From the NCBI RefSeq assembly GCF_006345805.1, contig NC_043003.1:10044001-10108000 (forward strand): DNA of 64,000 bases, in the 5' to 3' direction. Origin of the DNA: Octopus sinensis. Lineage: Eukaryota. Both the position numbers and the translations under genes were made by a program. Below are positions 39,125 through 51,785 of this stretch, one piece after another; positions within the stretch are counted from its first letter, which is position 1; each line of letters starts with the position of its first letter. A model generated the notes under the pieces. The model was not told the origin of the DNA, searched no databases, and saw nothing but the letters and a program-made list of their open reading frames with translations.

Positions 39125-42070
39125 TCTTTTTTTCATTCTTTCTTCAAATTTTCTTCTGTTTCTCGCCGAGTGTTTTCCGCACACCTAGGGCAAAGAAGCT
39201 CATTGTATGCATTCCCAGATTACACACGCAAATTCACAGGTAAAAATATGTATTTTAAAAAATTGATAAATAAATAAATTCATGAATGGATGTTGTTTTC
39301 ACAGCGATAATGCTCTTCTCAGTACATGAGCCGTTCCAGTTAATACGATTTTTTGCACTTCCTGTACGGATGGTAAGCCTGGAATCATTTTCAAATAGGT
39401 TTCAGTACCTTTTTATATCATTCCTAGAGATCCTACAATCACTGGTACTGTAGTCGCCTTGAGATGCCACATTTTTTCAATTTCTATTAGCAGGTCTTTA
39501 TATTTACTAATCTTGTCAAATTCTTTCGCCGCTATATTGTGATCGCAAGGGATACTCATGTCAATTAATAAACACATCTTTTTTGTCTGATCTTTTATAA
39601 CAATATCCGATTTATTAGCTTTTATAGTCTTGGCGGTCTGTACGGGAAGTCCCATAGAATCGACACATTTTCTCCCTCAGCCAAAGCTTCAGGATGGTGT
39701 TTATACCATTTGTCAGCGGTTTTGATTTTATAATACCGACATATTGTCCAATGTAAATACTGGCCGACTCTGTCATGTCTTGCTTTATATTCTGCAGGTG
39801 CTAAGACTCTACACCCTGAGATTAGGTGGTCTATTGTTTCAATCTCATCGTTACAGAATCGGCATTTTGGGTCAGCTCCATTTTGTATCACACTGGCTTG
39901 GTAGTTCCGGGTTAATAAGCTTTGGTCTTGAGCAGCTAATATGAAACCCTCACTCTCTGCTTTTAGCCCTGAGCTTCGTAACCATTGGTGCGTGTGTTTC
40001 TAGTCGACATCAGCTTGTTTGCTACGGGCCACATACTTGCCATGGAGAGGTTTCTGTTCCCATCTGCTAGTTAAATTTTCATGTGCTTTCGTCTTTGCAA
40101 TTAATTTTATTTTCTTTGCAGCTGCAGCTGGCGCATTTCCTTCAGCCTGATTAATCTGGTGGATATCTAAGAGATCAGCAGCGATTTTTTTGCTCTCTTT
40201 GAGAATAGAGTAAAGTCTTTTCAGTCTTTCATGTTTTCAACAGGTTTTAGCATTCAATCGTTGGTTGCTTCAAGGTATTTGGCCAGTCCGATTGTGGTGG
40301 TTTTGTATGTAAGTTCAAGCCGGATCAAACCTCGACCTCCCTGAGCTCTGGGAAGGTAAAGGCGATCCACGCCTGCCTTTGGGTGGTGCATCTTATTACA
40401 AGTCAGTAGCTTGCGGATCTTTCTGTCAATTTTCATTATTTCACTGGTATTCCAGTTAAGCAAATTGAAGCTATAAAGAACAACTGGTACTGCTAAGGAA
40501 TTTATGGCTAACACCTTATTATATGCAATCAGCTCAGACTTCAGGACTGCTCGAACTCTTCTACAACATTCCTTCCTAACCTTTCCTTCCTGCTTGCATG
40601 CTGGATACCAGAACCTTCATTTATTTCTAGGTATTTATAGGTTTGTTCCTGCTTAAGTTCCTTTATTACTATTTCGACATCTAATTCGATTGAACTAGAC
40701 TTTACCAATTTCCCTTTCTTAAAAGTGACTTTGGCACACTTTTCAAGGCCAAACTCCATCCCTATATCATCACTGAATCCTTTCACGATATGTAATAATC
40801 CTTCAAGATCTTCATCATTTTTGCCATGTATCTTTAAATCATCCATATAAAATAGATGGCTTATTTTTCTGTTCTCAATTTTGTAGTCATATCCTGTTCT
40901 ATTCAGTTCACTTGAGAGTGGTATTAGTGCTATGCAGAAAATTAGTGGTGAAAGTGAGTCACCTTGGAAAATTCCACAGTTTATGCTAATGTTGTTTGAG
41001 CGCAATACTCCATTAGAATGGTATAATTGGAGCTTCGTGTTCCATAGTGACATATACTTTAAAAAATCTGAAATCACAGGAGAAATTTTGAAAATGTCCA
41101 GCGACTTCAGAATTCACGAATGCGGTATGCTGTCAAAGGCATTTTTATAATCAATCCATGAAGAGCTGAGATTTCTGCGCTTGTTATGGAAGTTCTCAAG
41201 GATCATGCGATTAATTAGGAGCTGATCTTTGCATCCGTATGAGCCTCGTCTGCATCCTTTTTGTTCAGTGGGAAAGAGGTTATTCTCTTCCATAAACGTA
41301 TATGTTTTCTCTACTAGAATAGATGTCAAAATCTTATAGGTAGTAGATAAACATGTTATAGGCCGGTAGTTTTTTAGTTCTTTCGTTTTGTTATTTTTGG
41401 GGAGGAGGTAAGTAATACCATTTGCTATCCAATGGGGCGTTTTTTTCGGGTCTTTCATAATACTATTAAATAGTATTACTAACACTTTGTGTGCGGACGA
41501 GAGTGATGAGAGTTAGAAATTTGGTACTCTATCAATACCAGGGGATTTCCACTTATGAGCCTTCGTTAGTGCCCTCCTTAGGTCGGCGATTGAGATGTCT
41601 TCCCATACCTGTTCTTGTAGATTTTGTAGTCATTTTGGGTGCGTTTGATTTGAACATATTTTGTTTGTAGAATTTGATTCTTTTCCCAAATCTGCGTATT
41701 CTCTGAGCTTTTGCTTGAAATTTTTCGTTTAAGTGTTTCTTTCGCTGACATTAGTTCTTCTCTTGATGAAAGTCCAAATTTTCTCACAATCTTCCTGCCT
41801 TTTCTTGATCTTCCATCATTTCCAGAGATTAGCTCAGTTAATATTGATATCTCCCTTCGCAATGATTCAATTTCAGTTTCAATTCTACTCCTCCAGTCTG
41901 ATTTTCTTTTGGAGTTTGGTATTGTTGGCTTTTTGGGTGTTAAACAGCATCTTTCGATTACCTTAGCGACAGAGTAAAAAATTTCTTTTAATTTATTTAG
42001 ATCGGGTTTTAGTTGGTGTATGATTTTTTGTGTAACGCAGTTGCCAATTTTTGTGTTTTATATTGTGTGC
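39125..42070 (-). mobile_element. R4/Dong-like non-LTR retrotransposon (RT + CCHC + REL endonuclease), fragmented, inserted in (TAA)n
   Basis: NYRPITCL, WIDYKNAFDSIPH, GIFQGDSLSPL, HLFYMDDLK (RT); CRFC..ETIDHLISGC (zinc knuckle); SDIVIKD..LIDMSIP..KYKDL (PD-D/ExK). Multiple frameshifts. (TTA)n lies on both flanks. Confidence 0.92.
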
Positions 42071-42159
42071 TTATTATTATTATTATTATATTATTATTAT
42101 ATTATTATTATTATTATTATTATTATTATGGTCACAGCTTGGAATCGAACTCGGAATGA

Positions 42160-42305
42160 TACTAAAAACATCGAAAAATACCTTATGAATGAGAACCCAG
42201 GTTCGAAATTTCCCCCAAGATACCTGATGAAGGCTGGAGGGTATATCAGCCGAACAACAAAGCAAGACGAGGACAAATAACCGTCAAATGTAAATAATGT
42301 AAATA
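42160..42305 (+). mobile_element. Inverted copy of the HHR-bearing arm
   Basis: GATAC-CTGATGA-A-GGCTG-GAGGGTATAT-CAGCC-GAA (42219-42254), with the 3' part of the ribozyme deleted. Confidence 0.75.
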
Positions 42306-43091
42306 CCCCAGCATGGCCACAGCTCGTGAGATGAAACTAGAATCAATCAATGTATGTACAAAGTAGTTTAAAAACAAGAATAGGGATTTTATACTTGACC
42401 TGCGAAACATGTACAACAGCTGTACATAAAAATCAGTATGCCTATACAAGCCTTAAAGTCTATACTAGGTATTTCACAGATTTAAGCAAGCAAAGATGAT
42501 GTTTCGTTCAATATCCTTAAACAACCCTTTTTCAGGGGCTTTTTGAGTGGGATGGGTTACTTGACCAGAAGAAAATTCTACCTGGGCCCCACCTGCAAGG
42601 TCATGTGCTGCTTATCTTGATATGAGATCACCATGTCGCGCACATATGTTTGTGATGCATGTGCCTAGTGTACCCTTATCAGACGGGCAGTCTTCATGTG
42701 TATTGGGACCTCTAAATAATTATAAAAATGTACTGGGAGGAGACATGAGTGATAAGAAATGAACGGAAGAAAAACGTCATAATTTAATATTAAGAAGTAA
42801 AGCAGCGTTTTACTTCTACTGCGTTAAGTCTATTCACTGAGATCTTCAGAGAATATATATATATATATATGGGCAGAACTTGAAGAATCTTGGGTGTGCA
42901 GACCATACTACTTTATTAACTTCAAGAAAGATGTCCCAAAATGAATGGGGAAGATTGTCCTCTCCAATAGAATTGAATAGGCAGAGAAAAAATCGATGCT
43001 AATCAACAAAAAAATGGCAGTCTCACCAAATAAATATTACAATTAAAGAAAGTCAATAGAACTTACCATAAATATTATATATTTAGTAGAT

Positions 43092-43148
<57 letters not shown>

Positions 43149-43151
<3 letters not shown>

Positions 43152-43378
43152 TTTACTACCCACAAGGGGCTAAACACGGAGAGGACAAACGAGGACAGAC
43201 AAAGGGATTAAGTCGATTATATCGACCCCAGTGCGTAACTGGTACTTAATTTATCGACCTTGAAAGGATGAAAGGCAAAGTCGACCTCGGTGGAATTTGA
43301 ACTCAGAACGTAGCGGCAGATGAAATACGGCTACGCATTTCGCCCGGCGTGCTTACATTTCTGCCAGCTCACCGCCTT
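43149..43378 (-). mobile_element. tRNA-derived SINE (family A)
   Basis: Reverse complement of 29-262. Confidence 0.88.
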
Positions 43379-43528
43379 TATATATATACACACGCATATA
43401 TATATATATGTGTGTATGTACATATATATATATGTATACACATACATACATATTTACGTGTGTTTGTCTGCGTGTTCATGAGTAGTGTATGTGTGTATGT
43501 GTGTGTGTGTGTGTGTGTGCGTGCGTGT

Positions 43529-43584
<56 letters not shown>

Positions 43585-44124
43585 TAAGAAAGTAAGAAAT
43601 GCAAAGCCGAAATCAAGAGGGTTGGAATAGTTAGAAAACCATTTCTGAAAAAAAATTGTTAAACATACTAACATCAAGAAACATTATAGCAAAACCAGAA
43701 CAAAATATTATTAAAATGCTATGCATGGCTTAATCTTCTTTACGAAAGTGAAACACAGACATTAACAAAAGTATTATCAAATATATTACCGGCTTTTCAG
43801 ATGTAGACATACTGAAGTCCTTTGGGAATATCATAGATAGAAAGAGAATACAAATCCTACGACAAAATACCAAAAGAGGTTAAAGCTTAGAAAATTTTAT
43901 TAGTGACAATCAAAGAAAGAAAACTAAAATATTCTGGACAATTAATGAGAAGGAAAGATTTATAGAGAATGCTAATAGAAGGTAAGATAAATGTAAAGCA
44001 AAAAAGACCGAAAATAATGTTGCTGGATGATGTCAAGAATTAGGCTATGAATGAAGATGCATAAGGGATGAAGCAGAACTGAAATGATTATTCATGGTAT
44101 TCAACTAGCTAAGAGATACTGATA

Positions 44125-44223
<99 letters not shown>

Positions 44224-44226
44224 ATA

Positions 44227-44260
<34 letters not shown>

Positions 44261-44344
44261 TTGGCCTCCGTAATTCTTCTCTAGGCCATGTTATCTTTCC
44301 TATTCCATCTGTCTTATGTCTATTTTTGGACGCTTTTGTATTCA

Positions 44345-44456
44345 CTCTGATGAAGCTCCATGTTCTAGTTCGAATATCCTATGAAGATGAAGAATATCAT
44401 TCTCGCAATTCTTTCGTAGACACTGACGGGCGTCGGAAGCGGAAACGGCCGTAAGA
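44345..44456 (+). ncRNA. Hammerhead ribozyme-like motif with long stem II and weak stem I
   Basis: CT-CTGATGA-A-GCTCC...GGAAGC-G-GAAA-CGGCCG-TA-AG, with palindromic stem III. It lies ~85 bp after a (TA)n tract. Confidence 0.6.
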
Positions 44457-44879
44457 ATTGTTATGTCACACAAATGTAATGTCATGTTTTGTATTAAATT
44501 GTAAGCTACATGATGTGGTCCAATTGATTTGTTTGTTGATCTGAAGTTTTCTCTATTTTCCGATTATTTATAGGTGTGTGTCTATGTGGATATCTTTATA
44601 TCAATTATAAAATAAATACTTCCCAAAACACACGCTTTCGGGTTCAGTCCCACAGCGTGTCATCTTCGGCATGTGTTTTCTACTATAGCCTTGTGCCGAC
44701 CAAAGCTTTGTGAGTGGATTTGGTAGACGGAAACTGAAAGAAGCATGTCGTCTATACATATGTTAGCACGTGCATGTCTTTGAGCTTTTAATTTGAGTTT
44801 GTAAATTTCTGAAAAAGTAAAGAGCTTGAGGAGACGGAGAGAAGGAGAAGGGTAGGGGATATACGTGAAGCTTATATAA

Positions 44880-45030
44880 GTTGTTTACATTATTTACATC
44901 TGACGGATCTTTGTCCTCATCTTGTTTGTTGTTAACACAACGTTTCGGCAGATATACCCTCCAAACTTCATCAGGTATCTTGGGGAAATTTCGAACCTGG
45001 GTTCTCATTCCTAAGGTATTTTTCGGTGTT
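44880..45030 (-). mobile_element. Third copy of the HHR-bearing arm (HHR at 44934-44979)
   Basis: Minus strand reads GATAC-CTGATGA-A-GTTTG-GAGGGTATAT-CTGCC-GAAA-CG-TT-GTGTT. Stem II is mutated. Confidence 0.75.
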
Positions 45031-45031
45031 G

Positions 45032-45076
<45 letters not shown>

Positions 45077-45214
45077 TATTATTATTATTATTATTCAGTA
45101 GTTTTATTTTTATAGCGTACTTTCACTTCACTACCGAGCACAGCTCTGTATGCCGTGGGTATGTGCTGTGGTTTGCTGTGATGCTCTTATGGTAACTATA
45201 TTGAAAGTGTCTTG

Positions 45215-45262
<48 letters not shown>

Positions 45263-45811
45263 GTTAGTATTATTATTTTTTTGGCTAATCACAGACGTAT
45301 TATCAAATATTATTCAATATCCTCTTTCCCTTTTCTCATGCATAACATCCCTAGACATTCTAGACATTTTCTTACAGAAAAACACTTTAACAACCTAGAT
45401 TTACAGGAAGAAAAGAAAGAAAAAATAATTTGAAAGCATAACAGATCAAATAATCGAGAGAAAAAAAATACCCATAACTCCCTCACCAAGGAAACAAAGA
45501 AAAGAAAAAAATAGTTCGATGTGAGGGACACTTAGCAGTTCGAACAATTAAGTAAATTCTCCCACGTTGTTTCTTTGCAGAATGTATGTGGATTGTTCTT
45601 TTTCTCTGCCGCTCTTACGAGACAAAGGAATTGACTGTGGGCAGGCAGGTTGGCACCTTACAACGCCCCAACTGTTACAATCGAATGCAATAATGTATAT
45701 ATAAAAAAGAACTAGCGCTTTTCTTTATATTTTATATATGAGGTCCAAGATGGTTCATTGTACCAGTTGTATATTTGTATATATAAGTACTGACATAATA
45801 TATATATATAC

Positions 45812-47365
45812 AGTTTGATACAGCTACTCTCATTCGCACCTCTTGCCGTGAGGTAGGTTCATCTGGGACACTTGACAGGAAGGTGTCCAGCTTTGATTTA
45901 AAAACCGCTACATCTACTTTGTGCAAGTCCCTCAGACTCTTTGGGAGAATATTAAAAAGCTGTGGACCCTTGAAACCCAGGCTGTTGCAGAATCTGGTCC
46001 TGAAGCGTGATGGCATTGCTGGGATCTTTGTCACTATGCAGTGTCGTCCCGTTCTAGCATTGGTGTAGCTTACAATGCCAAATTGGCACAATTCCTTCCA
46101 GGATCTTCCAGACATATATCACTGCATACCTCTCCCGTCTTCTCTCCAGGGAGTAGAGTCTTAGCTATTTCAACCTTTCCCAGTAGCTGAGCCGTTGCAA
46201 AGAGACGATCTTCTTTGTGAATCTTCTCTGGATTGCTTCAAGGTCCGCTGTTAATTTTACACTGGTGGGTGACCATAGCTGTGAGCAGTAATCCAGGCGA
46301 CTGAGGACGAATGTCCGCCAGAGGACCATCATGGTTTCCTTATCTCTGGTTCTGAATGTTCTTAGGATCCACCCAGCCAGTCGTCTGCACTTTGTCGCCA
46401 TCCTGGTAATGTGAACTTGGAAAGAAGTATCATCACTCATGTCGATACCCAGGTCCCTCACAGACTTAGGCTCTGGGATTGAAATTCCCTGTGAACCGGT
46501 GAATCCTGTAAGTTTAATATTCAGTTTTGGATGCTGGTAGCGCAGGGCCTGGAATTTTTCAGCATTAAACTGCATATTATTATCCTCAGCCCATCTTTAG
46601 ATTGAGTCCAACTCCTGCTGCAGGTGTGCAACATCGCTGAGGTTCTGTATTTTCTGCGAGACTTTCGTATCGCCTGCATAGCTGGCCAGAGTGGCTATCC
46701 GGGCATTTGAGGGCATATCTGAGAGGGCCACTATAAAAAGCAGTGGTCCCAAGACAGTGACCTGTGGAACACCGCTCACTATTTGTGTGTTCATAGAGGT
46801 GGCTCCATTAACCACTACTGCCTGACTCCTATCTTTCAGGAAGTCATGAAACCACACTCCAAGTTTTCCAGCTATGCCGAGGTCACGTAGTTTGTGGCAT
46901 ATCATACCATGATCCACCTTGTCAAAAGCTTTTGCAAAATCAAGGTAGATTACGTCCACATCTGATTTGTTGAGTAACTGCCTCAACACCCAGTCATAAT
47001 GCTGTAAGAGCTGGGTCAGACAGCTCCTACATGGCCGAAAACCATGCTGGGTATTACTCAGCAAGTTATTTTCCTCAAGGAATGCGATTAGTTTCTTTCT
47101 GACTATCCATTCCATGACTTTGCTGATGTGTGAAGTCAGAGAGATAGGCCTATAGGTTTTAGCATCTTCTCTACTTCCCCCTTTATGTATTGGGCATATT
47201 ATTCCCTCCTTCAACTTGCTTGGCAGTTTTCCATTCGCAAGAAAGCTCTGGAAGAGAATCTTGAGGGGTTTTGCCAGGGCATGCTTACACGCTTTGAGGA
47301 GGATGGCTGGGAAACCGTCTGGACCAGCAGCTGAGTTTGTGTCCACTTCATCTATGGCTAGTAGG
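45812..47365 (-). mobile_element. Truncated CR1/L2-like LINE RT relic, same family as 15762-18062
   Basis: ORFs 46597-47346 (YLDFAKAFDKVDH, GVPQVTVLGPLLF, YAGD with a dead catalytic motif), 46165-46575 and 45732-46115. Confidence 0.9.
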
Positions 47366-47380
47366 ATATATATATATATA

Positions 47381-47665
47381 TATTAAAATTATAAGTTAGG
47401 TATTTACGAGATACCACCATGCTGAAAATAGCAGCTATGATCTGACTCTAAAACCACCTTAAATGTCCATATATGATATATTGTTGATATATGGACAATT
47501 AAGGTGGTTTTAGAGTCAGATCATGGTTGCTATTTTCAGCATGGTGGTATCTCGTAGATACCCTAAATTATAATTTTAATAATTATTACCTGTGAAGGTT
47601 ATTTTTTCCATGCTGACCACTTGATAAAATCGTTATTTTATTTTTAAATTAACGATCTTATCCTT
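47381..47665. mobile_element. (TA)n-embedded fold-back element: ~200-bp palindrome plus a unique arm with a small terminal hairpin
   Basis: Arms 47381-~47472 and ~47488-47581 (e.g. GATACCACCATGCTGAAAATAGC / GCTATTTTCAGCATGGTGGTATC). (TA)n on both sides. Confidence 0.8.
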
Positions 47666-47846
47666 ATATATATATATATATATATAGCGTCGTATTTATT
47701 ACGATTGCTATTTTCCAGTAAATATTGGTGCCTTGTTGTACCATTTATCTACTTTTATATATCTATATCTATCTATATATATATAATTATAATTCTTACA
47801 TTATATATAGAGAGAGACAGACAGACACACTGAGATAGGGATAGAT

Positions 47847-47978
<132 letters not shown>

Positions 47979-48356
47979 CATTTATAGTGCTTACATTATA
48001 TTTATATGTAAAACACTTGCAGCATGGAAGGTGTTTTAGAAGCCAGTTTAAAAACACGCAAAACCCGTTAGATTCACATGAACATACAAATTTAATTTGT
48101 GTGAAAATACTTTCGTCGCTTTGAAACCGCAACCTGTTCACTGACAGGAGCGGGGACCAGTTGATTAAATTAACACAAGTTAATATAAAGGTCTTTAACT
48201 CCATAAATATCCTTAAACTCCATTCTGTCAACACCCCAAATGTAAAATTCTCCCTGAAGATGAAGATTGGTATTATCCGATGATGGAATCAATTTACAAT
48301 CATTATTTTAGACCACCAAGCCCCCAGAAACAACACTCTCTTTATATATGCCCATG

Positions 48357-48437
<81 letters not shown>

Positions 48438-48452
48438 ATGTATATATGTATA

Positions 48453-48503
<51 letters not shown>

Positions 48504-48554
48504 TGTATATATATGCACAATATACATATATATATATATTATATATGCATATAT

Positions 48555-48608
<54 letters not shown>

Positions 48609-49343
48609 GTACGTAGATATGTATATCATTATATATAAATATACATATGCATGTATACATACATACATATATACATACGTACTTACATACATACATACAT
48701 ACATACATTATAGGTTGTTATTACAAATATTACATGTGTCTTTAAGTAAAATATGAGACTTACATAGAATAAAATAATATGGCGATAATAGTATAAAATG
48801 CCAATATTGTACAACAGGTCGTATAAATCTAATTTCCATTAATGTGATAAAATGTAACCTGTGATATATCTTGAAGTATTAGATGCTGGTCAAAGAAAAT
48901 TATTTCTTGAAACATTTATTTTTATATAACATTTATTATATTTTGCATTTCTTTCAATATTAAATGTTTATAAATAGTGTTTTATGAAATTATGTATTTC
49001 AAGGCAAATATTTATATATTCATGTAGTTATTCTATGTGTATTGAAAATGGTTCTGTTTGTACACGTTGGTTTACTATGGTCGCATGAAATATTGTGGAC
49101 GGGCTTTATGTCGGATCGTTAAAAGCACAAAACGCTAAGTGATATAAGCTGAACGAAATACCAAATCAGGTTTAAATACTACCACTGGACATTATGTTTT
49201 CCATTAGCAACGTTCGTCACGTCGCTTGTCTTTTAATACCAAAAGATAAAACCTACTTCATTTTTTTTCACGTAATTAAATCCTTCTTTGACAATAAGCT
49301 ATTTATTTTGTGGTTAATCAAGATTCAAAGGGCTTATATATCA

Positions 49344-49737
49344 CTAGCAGTATCGCCCGGCGTTGCTCGGGTTTGTAAGGGAAATATCTATATAAGCATT
49401 TTTAGAGAGTTATAGCCAAAAAATACCAAAAAATGCATTAAAAATGGAAAACAAATGATGGTAAATTTTTTTTTTAATCGTTGACTCATCGTAGACATTT
49501 TTAGAGAGTTACTTCCCTTATATAATAGCGAAACAAATGCATTAAAATGGAAAAAAATTATGGTAATTTTATTTTTATCGTAGACACATCGTAGACGCGC
49601 GCTAATACCCAGAAGGGCTCGATATGAATCACGACTATAAGATACCCGGTTTTGGTTAAACTGCACCGCAAAATGTGGGAGTAGTTAGGAATCTAAATCG
49701 TAGGAGACAGACACAACCTCTCTTTTATATATAAAGA
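49344..49737 (-). mobile_element. Non-autonomous Helitron with an internal ~107-bp tandem duplication
   Basis: A|CTAGCAGTATCGCCCGGCG...AAAGA|T. CATTTTTAGAGAGTTA..ATGCATTAAAATGG.. occurs twice. Confidence 0.8.
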
Positions 49738-50150
49738 TTTGTCTAAATCTTTTACTTGCTGCAATCATTAAGCTATGACCATGCTACAACATCATCTTGA
49801 TTGTTTTAGTCGAAAGAATCGACCGCTGTACTTATTTTTTTAAAGTTTAATATTTATTCTATTGGTCTGTTTCGCCAAACCACTAAGTGAAAGGGACGTA
49901 AAATGGCAAAAATTCAAAAGATAGTGCTCGTAGGAACTACGTAAAGTACTGTCTATGTAATCTCGAATTTTAAAACAAACTCATAATTTTCTTGCTTTGA
50001 TAGACATTCTCTGGAACAATACAATGTGCAAAACCAAATATATGACAGCCTAGGCATAACACCAACTTGAACTCCTAACCTGTTGTCTCTTGATGTCTCT
50101 GGGTGAGAGTTGGAGTCAACTTGTAGAAATAAAAAGCAAAAGTCAAACCT

Positions 50151-50209
<59 letters not shown>

Positions 50210-50217
50210 GTTAATAA

Positions 50218-50304
<87 letters not shown>

Positions 50305-50569
50305 TGATGAAGACGATGATGATAATAGTAGCAATCCTAAGCGAGTGAGGAAGCGGATTGTACTGACCCAGAGACTTGACTGGTATTTATTTTGTCGGCA
50401 ACGAATGGATAAATAGCAAAGTCGATTTCGGCGGAATTTCAACTTAGAACGTAAGAAGCGGAAGAGACGATACAAAGTATTTCGTCCGCTGAGTTACGAG
50501 GACGTAAACATGCCAACATCAGTTGTCAAGCGTTGGTGGGGTAACAAACGCAGTGGCACAAACACATGC

Positions 50570-50602
<33 letters not shown>

Positions 50603-50633
50603 CATACATACATACATACATACATACATACAT

Positions 50634-50681
<48 letters not shown>

Positions 50682-50784
50682 TGTATTTATATATATATAT
50701 ACATAAATACATACATACATACATACATTACATACACACATATATATATATATATATATGTATTTATATATATGTATATATATT

Positions 50785-51478
50785 TAAGTAGTTGAATGAA
50801 TTATCCTAGTATGGATAATTCGGCTAACCGATACCCGGGTAGCAGATTCACGTCAGAAAAACACAGTTGAAGCTACATGCCAAGGGCAGAGATCACGTAC
50901 TTTCGTGTGGAAATTTGTGTTTCTTTTAATACAAATAAATGAAAGAATGGAGTTGAACGACACAAACCTGTCACTTCACTACTAGTTGCTTTTGGCATCT
51001 ACCCAACCACACACACAATCACGCACACACATACACACACATAGACAAGAATGCAGTTATATACATACATACACATAGGCACTCAATCTCATTAGCAAAA
51101 GCAAACAACAACACATCACTATTCATATGACTTGCACCCTGTCACCTTCCTATTCTTAGATATCTCCCCTTCCAACCTTGTTTGAACTCTTGAACTTTCT
51201 AGAATCTTCTACATTCAACCGTTTTTGACGTCACTGCTTATAACGGAATATTTTAAAGAAACACTCATTATCGCTATGGACTCCGTGTGGGCAGTCATCT
51301 ATAAGTTTTTGTTCATCATGATGCTGACATAAGTTCCTTGTCTTTCCTGATGAGAAGGCGGCAGAATGCACCCCTTATTCCTTCGAAATTAGGAATATGC
51401 AATCTTCGAAACATATGTCGAGAATAAAGGAATTTTGTTAAATCGTCGTTCAACTCTATTCTTTCATTTATTTGTATA
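50785..51478 (+). mobile_element. (TA)n-embedded fold-back element with intact hammerhead; long version of 18212-18437
   Basis: Unique arm, then inverted repeat ACAAATAAATGAAAGAATGGAGTTGAACGAC (50932-50961) / GTCGTTCAACTCTATTCTTTCATTTATTTGT (51445-51476) enclosing the HHR. Confidence 0.8.
51343..51423 (+). ncRNA. Type I hammerhead ribozyme
   Basis: Stem I TTTC/GAGA; CTGATGA; stem II GAAG../..CTTC; GAAA; palindromic stem III CATATG; GUC triplet. Confidence 0.8.
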
Positions 51479-51506
51479 TACATACATACATACATACATA
51501 CATACA

Positions 51507-51538
<32 letters not shown>

Positions 51539-51577
51539 CATACATACATACATATACATATATATATATATATATAT

Positions 51578-51613
51578 ATTTCTGACGAAGAACCCCCGCT
51601 CGAAACGTTAAAT
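51578..51613 (+). ncRNA. Minimal hammerhead-like motif directly after (TA)n
   Basis: ATTT-CTGACGA-A-GAAC-CCCC-GCTC-GAAA-CG-TT-AAAT, with one stem II mismatch. The downstream tail matches 815-870. Confidence 0.55.
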
Positions 51614-51742
51614 CCTTCTTCTTTCTTTCCCTTGCTGAGCGTCCAATACTTGTTCCACGTCTTAGCGTTGTTGTATTTTCTCTTTATGTTTTCATGTTTG
51701 AATTAAACTTAATACATAAACACTCTCATATATATATTATAT

Positions 51743-51785
<43 letters not shown>

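Noticed and set aside
48100-48150. Possible hammerhead on the minus strand (..CAGTGAACAGGTTGCGG..GCGACGAAAGTATTT)
   Set aside because: It lacks the CUGANGA core and stems I and III are not convincing.
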